Assembly (NCBI RefSeq): GCF_009914755.1
Contig: NC_060942.1
Origin: the human T2T-CHM13v2.0 reference genome, Homo sapiens
Reading direction: 5' to 3' (one strand)
DNA length: 64,000 nucleotides
Shown here: one piece after another, positions 57,033 through 64,000 of the stretch
Numbering within the stretch: the first letter of the stretch is position 1
How the letters are laid out: each line of letters opens with the position of its first letter
Notes under the pieces: model-generated
Seen by the model: only the letters and a program-made list of their open reading frames with translations
Told to the model about the DNA's origin: nothing
Database searches by the model: none
Translations under genes and position numbers: made by a program

Positions 57033-57060
57033 TTTAATACCCGATCAAAATTTATTATAC
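57033..57060 (-). terminator. Candidate DSC3 polyadenylation signal
   Basis: Minus strand TGTATAATAAA (UGUA next to AAUAAA at 57051-57056), followed by a second signal ATTAAA at 57033-57038. Confidence 0.5.
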
Positions 57061-57636
57061 ATATGTATCATAGATACTCATCTGTAAAGCTGTGCTTCAA
57101 AATAGTGATCTCTTCCCAACATTACAATATATATTAATGATGTCGACAATTTGATAATGAAACATTGTCCAAAATATTCCCCATTAATACAACAAAGACA
57201 TAATTGAGTATTTCTATTTCCATGCCAGCCATAAGCATAATTTTGCAAAGTGATCATCTTAGAATTATTTAATCTCTAAATACAGCAAAAACAAGAAACC
57301 AAGTTAATATTGTTTTATTACATCTCCCCATATCTGTAAATATTACTTTACGCATCCAATTTTTGCTTATTTTAAGCAGCCAAGTTTCTTTAAAAGCAAA
57401 GTAACTTCTTTTAATAGCAATACTAAAACTCTGTTTAAAACATTGCAAAACAAACCCCACTGCATTTTAGACAGCTGCTTCCTTATAAAAGTAAGAAAAA
57501 ACATTCTGTATATTTACATAAAAAATTCTAAATCATTCACTGGGGGAAAAATGAAAGCTTTAAAAATATATTTTCTTGCACACTCAAATACCATAAATTT
57601 CACCTTACACATATAAGGAAATAATAATACTACATA

Positions 57637-58067
57637 TGTGAAAATATAGAAATGAATCCCTAAAATTAAATTTTCATTTGAGAGAAAAGAATTACAAATT
57701 CGGGCATACATGCAGACCAGGTGGTTTTCAGCATGTTCAAAGAACAAAGAGATGGTTAGAGGTTTTATAAACAGGGAAGTGATACTGGTTGCTCTTTGAG
57801 AAAGTTTATCGGCACTAGTAAAGTCTTGGGGAGGTAGCAGGTTTTGATCGGTGAGTGAGGGAGTGAGCAAAACACAGTGGGTGTTTCAGTAGCCGTTAGA
57901 TAAAACTGGCTTCTGGTTACAGCAGGAAATTTCAGCAACTAGGCTTACAGAGAATTCCATTCTCAGACCAATATTTTGTGCCCTGAGTTCTTTCTCCCCC
58001 TGGCTTCTCGACTGTCTTTTGGTTGAGTATTTCAAGATTGATCCAATTCGTATGATCAACTTTCACA
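57637..58067 (-). mobile_element. ERV1 solo LTR (MER57/MER93-like) in the DSC3 3' UTR, sense to the gene
   Basis: Inverted termini TGTGAAA...TTTCACA; 4-bp TSD-like cata/catg; minus-strand start tgtgaaagttgatcatacgaattgg; TATA-like tttataaaa near 57762-57770. Confidence 0.75.
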
Positions 58068-58117
58068 CATGTTCAAAATGATTACATTAAAAGAAGACGA
58101 CTTTAAACGGAAAACAA

Positions 58118-58419
58118 GGCCGGGAGCGGTGGGTCATGCCTGTAATCCCAGCACTTTGGGAGGCTGAGGCAGGCGGATCACGAGGTCAGGAGATCGAGAC
58201 CATCCTGGCTAACACAGTGAAACCCCGTCTCTATTAAAAATACAAAAAATTAGCCGGGCGTGGTGGTGGGTGCCTGTAGTCCCAGCTACTCAGGAGGCTG
58301 AGGCAGGAGAATGGCGTGAACCCGGGAGGCGGAGCTTTCAGTGAGCAGAGATCGGAGCCACTGCACTCCAGCCTGTGCGTCAGAGCGAGACTCCGTCTCA
58401 AAAAAAAAGGGGGGGGGGG
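58118..58419 (+). mobile_element. AluY in the DSC3 3' UTR, antisense to the mRNA, with an A9G11 tail
   Basis: Y diagnostics gatcacgaggtcaggagatcgagaccatcctggctaac and ggagaatggcgtgaacc. Confidence 0.95.
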
Positions 58420-60404
58420 CAATAAAAAGTCTAAGTCTAAAACACATAGATTTTAGGGTCAAATTAGAAAACAGAAAATGTAGGAATAAATCAGAATTTT
58501 AGATAGGCATTTAATTCATAGACCTTCTTAGTGCCCAGAAGGAGGGCTGCAGAAGGAATACAACAATTCCCATGAATGCCTTGTTTGTTCTGCACAACCA
58601 GTTCAGGCTCATCCTGCAAATGCCTTCAGACTCATCATGCAGTCAGCTCTGTCTCCTTGATTTCTCACTCCAAATAAGGTGAGCCATAGAGAAGAGGTTG
58701 GCTGATCCCTCACCGGACTCAAATGGCAGTTGCCATTGGCCTGAGAAAGGAAAAGGCAGTGCCAAGCCTAGGAAAAAGTATGAAGCAGACGATGTTGCTT
58801 TTACTCCCACCCATATTCCTTGTGGCCTCTCCTTGCCCTTGAAGGCCTGCATCTTCCTGTTGCCCTCTGACTGTACAAATAACCTACTTGGGCTGCTTTC
58901 TCCCAAAGTTCCCTCTGTTCTAAAATGACAACTTGATCTTTTTCTTTTATACATTCAAAATTTCTATTTCTTCTATTATTTTAAAATTTCTCTGGAGAAA
59001 GCAAACTGATTAAAAATTAATTCACGCTGAAGGATGGTGGAAAACCTGGAGTCACTTAAGGGAATCTCTGCTGGAGGTGTTGCTTTAGCAGAAAGCCGAA
59101 AGAAGGGGGCCCACAAGGCCTGGCTTTCCTTGATTCAGGCCAATGCCACTCAGAAGAAGGGCAGTGAGGAGAAAAATGAAATTTTGTAGCTCCCAGACCT
59201 GATCAGGTGTCAAGTTTGTGGGGCTTAGGTTTAAGGACAATCAATCTCCCCAGGGTGCTTTCAGTAAGATCCTCCCCTCAGCTCCCTCTAGCCTCTAAAC
59301 TCTAGGAGGACATGGTTATTTGGATCTAAATTAAAAAGATGTTGGTCACTATAAGAGAGAATAGAAACAGCAATAGAGGATTTAACTTCAGTAAAGGTAA
59401 GTTTTAAAATGTTTTTGTTATTAGCTCCCCGAAAAAAACACCTCATCTCTGGACCCTTGCTACCAAAAAGCAGGGAACCCCAGCTGCAGCGAGTATTCCC
59501 CAGTTTGCTACTAACTTGTGGATGCAGAAATCTTGAAACAGACTGCAAAGCAAAGCTACTGTTCCATTGGATTCCCTATTTCCTTCCCACAGAAACCAGA
59601 AAAGTTTAATTTATTTACAATTTTAAACAAATTACACAAATTGGACAGGAACTATTTCCTCATAGACTCAGTTATAATGCAGCATTTAAGAGCCCAGGCC
59701 TAGGAAGCTCTCTCTTTTTTCTATTGTAGGACAAACTATACCCCAGCCTCATTTCAAGTTTTTACCATTTTCCTCTTTGTTCTCATTTCATTTTAAATAT
59801 TGCATTGATTAATAATAATATACACACACACATTTATTTCCAACTATATTCCTATAGAAAATTGCTACTTCATAGGGCACTTCAACACATTTTGCCTCCA
59901 AAGTCAAATGAATTTGGTAGTGCAGTAGGGGTGAGTCCCAATTCTTTATGAGCTGCAACATTTTTAATTTAATTCAGTCTTCATTGTTTCTTTTCCAAAA
60001 CTTTCTTCACATAGTGATACTCAATATTTCTTGTTTATTTTTTAAACTATCACTTAAAGTGAATACATAATAATGTGATATTAGCATAACTTAGCTATTG
60101 TTGGACTAATATTTATCCAGCATATTTATTACTAAAATATCCGTAAAAAAAAAAAAGAGCAGATGCTTTAGAGACCTTAATTCCAGTGCTGGAGTTTGAG
60201 ATTTACCAGTTGTCTGTTTTAACATTTTTCACTTTTTGGAAAAGATAAGCAACAACTTGCTTTAAAAATATAAATTGGTGAGTAGCATAATTCAAAATTG
60301 AGAAAAAAATCATCATATACATACATGTTGAAATTGAACTTTACAATATTATTTTTGGAAACCTCCAGAATGTCTGACAAAGACCTAATTGTAGCACTGT
60401 GACA

Positions 60405-60602
60405 TTATCTCTTTGTGCATGCTTCTGCTAATGTAATAAATTTGGGTTCCAAATTATTTAAAAAGTCAAGGCCATCTTCTTCCTGCTTTTCACTGCAGCA
60501 GCCCACAGAACCAGCTGGAGATCCTCTTCCCTCATAGTTATAAGTGAGGACATAATCTTGGGATGGCATGCGGTCTTCATTCTGATTACATCGATGCAAT
60601 TT
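60405..60602 (-). CDS. DSC3: DSC3 last exon coding part (a-isoform tail, cadherin-like intracellular segment that binds plakoglobin)
   Basis: Acceptor aattttacag|AAA TTG CAT. Translates [65 protein letters not shown]-stop, with the cadherin YxYEGxGSxAGS and DFLxxLxPKFxxLA motifs. Confidence 0.97.
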   Translation of the reverse strand, partial: KLHRCNQNEDRMPSQDYVLTYNYEGRGSPAGSVGCCSEKQEEDGLDFLNNLEPKFITLAEACTKR

Positions 60603-60683
60603 CTGTAAAATTTTTTAAAAAATGAATTGCATTATAGTTTTAAACAACTTAAATATATGAACATAAAATTTATTTTTATTTAC

Positions 60684-60726
60684 CTTTTATGTTTAATTTT
60701 TAACCAGTGTGTCCTCTAATGGATTC
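60684..60726 (-). CDS. DSC3: DSC3 43-bp alternative mini-exon (b isoform); encodes ESIRGHTG-stop (coding part 60700-60726)
   Basis: Minus strand reads tttttgtgtgtag|GAATCCATTAGAGGACACACTGGTTAAAAATTAAACATAAAAG|gtaaat. In frame after ...PRLGE; ESIRGHT is the known desmocollin b-form terminus. Too short to appear in the ORF track. Confidence 0.95.
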
Positions 60727-60904
60727 CTACACACAAAAAATGCAAATGATTGGTCTATATCACAACCATACCATAAAGTCAGTATAGTTTACATTTCTAG
60801 TGCTCCATATAAATAAAAAATTATGTATACAAGTTTTATATTTAAGTACATTCAAGTTGTCATTAAATGCTTATCCCTAAATTTTATACACAGAGGTCAG
60901 TCTA

Positions 60905-61150
60905 GTCTAAAAAATAGAGACAATAGTCATACTGGTTAGGAGTTTGAGATAGGATGTCAAACAGCCTTGGTTGTGAGTCAAAGCTCTGGCTTTACCAACT
61001 AGCTATATGACTTTGGGCAAGTGACCAAATATCCTTTAGTCTCAGTGACCACCTAACAAGATTATTTTAGAAATTAATGACAAAATAATGACGCATAATA
61101 CACTTATTATGCCCAGCACATATTAAAGGTACAATACATGTTAACTTGAA
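60905..61150 (+). mobile_element. MIR (intronic)
   Basis: tggttaggag...ctctggctttacc...tgactttgggcaagtgac...gtctcagt...gcccagcacata. Confidence 0.7.
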
Positions 61151-61909
61151 TCACTATTATATGCAGTTATAAACTAGGTAGGATTTACCACATTAACTTC
61201 AGAAGCAAGTTTCCAAGATACTCAAACATGGCAAAATATATACATGCATCGAAAAGTTCAATGAAATTAAAAAGAATGAACATGACCCATATTGCAAAAA
61301 CTGGGCTTTTATAATGAAGACGCCATGCATTCAGCCACATCTACCCTCTCTGCCACTGGCCTGTCTGCCAACTCGTCAACTGCCATGTCTCCTCCCTTTC
61401 CTCACCTGTGTGCCCACTCCTTGCCTATGTGGAGTTCATTGGCATGGCTTACGTTCTTTCTTCATGACATTGTTAGCCTTACCTCCCATTACCTGGTGTG
61501 CAACTGAGGAACCCTCCTAAGACTATGTCTTAAGCTTCACTCCATCTCAACCTGATATTACATAAATACTGACTGTCTAGAAGTAGAAAAAGAATTAACA
61601 CTTGAATTTGACCCTCCAAAATGCTATGGATACATAACCTACAGCCCTATACCAGAGTATCACCCATTTGCATTCCATTCAAGGATTAAAGGTCTACTGT
61701 TTGTCCTGCAATGGCACTGGTATCCTCTGATAAAAGAGGTAAAAATTTAGTCCAGAAGAGTGTCTAATCCAGTGGCTTTCTACCTAGCTGCACATTTGAA
61801 TCATCTCGGAAATGTAAAACAAAAACAAAACAAACAAAAAACCCCAAATTCATTAAATTAGAATCTTTTAGAGTAGAACACAGCCATTACTTATGTTTTA
61901 AAAGCTTCA

Positions 61910-62250
<341 letters not shown>

Positions 62251-62387
62251 AGCTTCTGCTTCATAGGTGATTTTGGTATGAACAGAGAATTCCTTATTTT
62301 AATTCCTTCTTTCTTTCATATTCTTGCTTTCCTTAAAATAAAAGCACTTTACATTCGCATGGTGCTTTGTATATTTAAAATATGTCC

Positions 62388-62605
62388 TGCAATGGTGACT
62401 ATAGTTAATAATAGTATATGTTATATTTCAAAATTGCAAAGAAAGTACATTTCAAATGTTCTCACCACAAAAAATAAGTATTTGAGGTGATGCATATGTT
62501 AAGTGTGATTTAATCATTCTACATTGCAGACATAAATCATAATATCACTTTGTGCCCCATAAACATATACAATTAAATTTTGTCAATTTGCAATAAGATA
62601 AAAAT
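62388..62605 (+). mobile_element. L1MA 3' end (intronic)
   Basis: ggtgactatagttaataat...tttcaaatgttctcaccacaaaa...gaggtgatgcatatgttaa...ccccataaacatatacaat. Confidence 0.8.
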
Positions 62606-63026
62606 ATATATAAATCATGCTATTTAATCTTTATCCTAAAACTGCATACAAATGTTGGTGTTTTCACAGAGAAATACAGATTTCATTTGAAAAGTTTGTA
62701 ATTGTGAGGAACTAGAATTACTTTCACGATCTTCTATATCAAAAGGGTTCATGAGGTAAATACACAACTAAAAATGAGACGTTAGTGAAGAATATTAAAA
62801 ACCTCCTATATTTATGGGATTTTATAAATTAAATGAAATATGAAAAATGAAATAAAATCTCTTTTAAATTAAATAATGTAACAAAATCAAAGAGCACGGG
62901 AAAATGAACAGAGCAAGCAAGAGAGAGCCCACAGAAAAATACAGAAAATATATGTTAATTTGAATTGTCTATTTTTCTCCATTCGGAGGTTTAAATTTTA
63001 GACTCAAAACACCTAAGGAAACTCAC

Positions 63027-63284
63027 TTCACCGAGACGGGGTTGAGTAAAACTGTGCCACTCCGAGTAAGTGTATCTGCAGTTGTCCACCTCCGTGTGTC
63101 CTCCCCTGCAGGAGTCCAGGGTATGATGATGCCCAGCCCCCCGGCAGGATTCCAAGGTCTGGTTTCCTCCTTTCATCATTTCAATGGTTTCCTGCCCTCC
63201 ATTTTTCATTCCTGATCCCATAGTACCACAAAAACCTTGGCTAGAGTTGTTGGTAGTTTGGGTCATAAATCCATTGGCAGAGCA
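63027..63284 (-). CDS. DSC3: Desmocollin-3 coding exon for the cytoplasmic domain (last exon shared by isoforms a and b), 258 bp, phase 0/0
   Basis: Minus-strand acceptor ttattatttcag|TGC and donor GAA|gtgagt. Encodes [40 protein letters not shown]...[16 protein letters not shown], recognised as the desmocollin-3 intracellular segment. Confidence 0.96.
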
Positions 63285-63442
63285 CTGAAATAATAAAATG
63301 AAATAATTCATGTTGAGAGGAAATGGATTCTAAGTTGTCATGAGAAGGCAAAGGAGAGAGAATATTTGTTCAACCTTTTATTCATTCATTCATTCATTCA
63401 TTCAACAGACATTTATCAGTTTCTAATTATGTGCCCAGATAC

Positions 63443-63841
63443 TGTCTTCATTCATTTTGTGCTGCTATAACAGAATACCTGAGACTGGTTAATTTTTAAA
63501 GAACAGAGATTTATTTCTTACAGTTATGAAGTCTGGGAAGTCCAAGATCAAGGAGTTCACATTTGGCGAGGGCCCATCCCATGGAAGAAGGTGGAAGGGC
63601 AAAAGAGCACGAGTGAGAGGGAGAGGGAGAGAGGGAGAGAGGAGCAACAGGGGGCTGAACTTGCTTTTACAATAAGCTTTCATGATAATAAACCCATTCT
63701 CATGATAAGGACAGTAATCCATTCATGAGAGCAGAGCCCTCATGACCTAATCACCTACTAAAGGTCTCACCTCTCAACACTGTTGCATTGGGGATTAAGT
63801 TTCCAACATATCAGCTTTTAGGGACAAATTTCACCATAGCA
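63443..63841 (-). mobile_element. MST/MLT1A-type MaLR LTR inserted in an L2 3' end ((TTCA)n at ~63381-63404)
   Basis: tgtctt...tgctgctataacagaatacctgagactgg...gggaagtccaagatcaagg...ccctcatgacctaatcacc...ggggattaagtttccaaca...accatagca. Confidence 0.88.
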
Positions 63842-64000
63842 AATGCAAAAGCCTAGGGATATAAAGATAGACATAGTCTCTCGATGGCTCCAAGAAGATC
63901 TTATTCCAGGGAGAGAGAAAAACAAATACTTTGAGAATGTGATTACTCTACTATGTGGGTGAGCACAAAATGTTACAAGAGCACAGAAGTAGAGCATTAA

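Larger units (their letters stand above)
56250..60404 (-). other. DSC3: Probable DSC3 3' UTR (distal end uncertain)
   Basis: Follows the TAA stop. Minus-strand AATAAA candidates at 60125-60130, 60034-60039, 59833-59838, 57051-57056 and 56268-56273. The end point is inferred, not observed. Confidence 0.6.

Noticed and set aside
58643-59703. ORFs inside the DSC3 3' UTR
   Set aside because: No family resemblance; short chance ORFs on both strands.
62991-63311. 106-aa ORF as a stand-alone gene or extended exon
   Set aside because: Only 63027-63284 is the DSC3 exon; MNYFILLFQ and [11 protein letters not shown] are intronic read-through beyond canonical AG/GT sites.

Overview
Primate, almost certainly human, genomic DNA; AT-rich and dense in repeats. 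The only protein-coding sequence I can support is the 3' end of desmocollin-3 (DSC3) on the minus strand: a 258-bp coding exon (63027-63284), the 43-bp alternative mini-exon that makes the short b isoform (60684-60726), and the last exon with the a-isoform tail (CDS 60405-60602), followed by a 3' UTR of roughly 3.4-4.2 kb. The remaining ~56 kb is downstream intergenic sequence made of L1, Alu, MaLR/ERV LTRs, L2, MIR, DNA-transposon fossils, microsatellites and one U6 snRNA retrocopy. Nearly all ORFs in the supplied track are repeat-derived or chance. I found no new biological system. The best leads are: (1) a probable ancient L1 3' transduction inside a MER45A split by a full-length L1; (2) an AluYb element with only part of the Yb8 diagnostic set; (3) tandem AATAAA signals right after the DSC3b mini-exon donor; (4) a sense-oriented solo LTR in the DSC3 3' UTR with a non-canonical poly(A) signal. 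Repeat subfamily names come from recalled consensus sequences and need RepeatMasker/Dfam confirmation; repeat boundaries are approximate unless a target-site duplication (TSD) is given.
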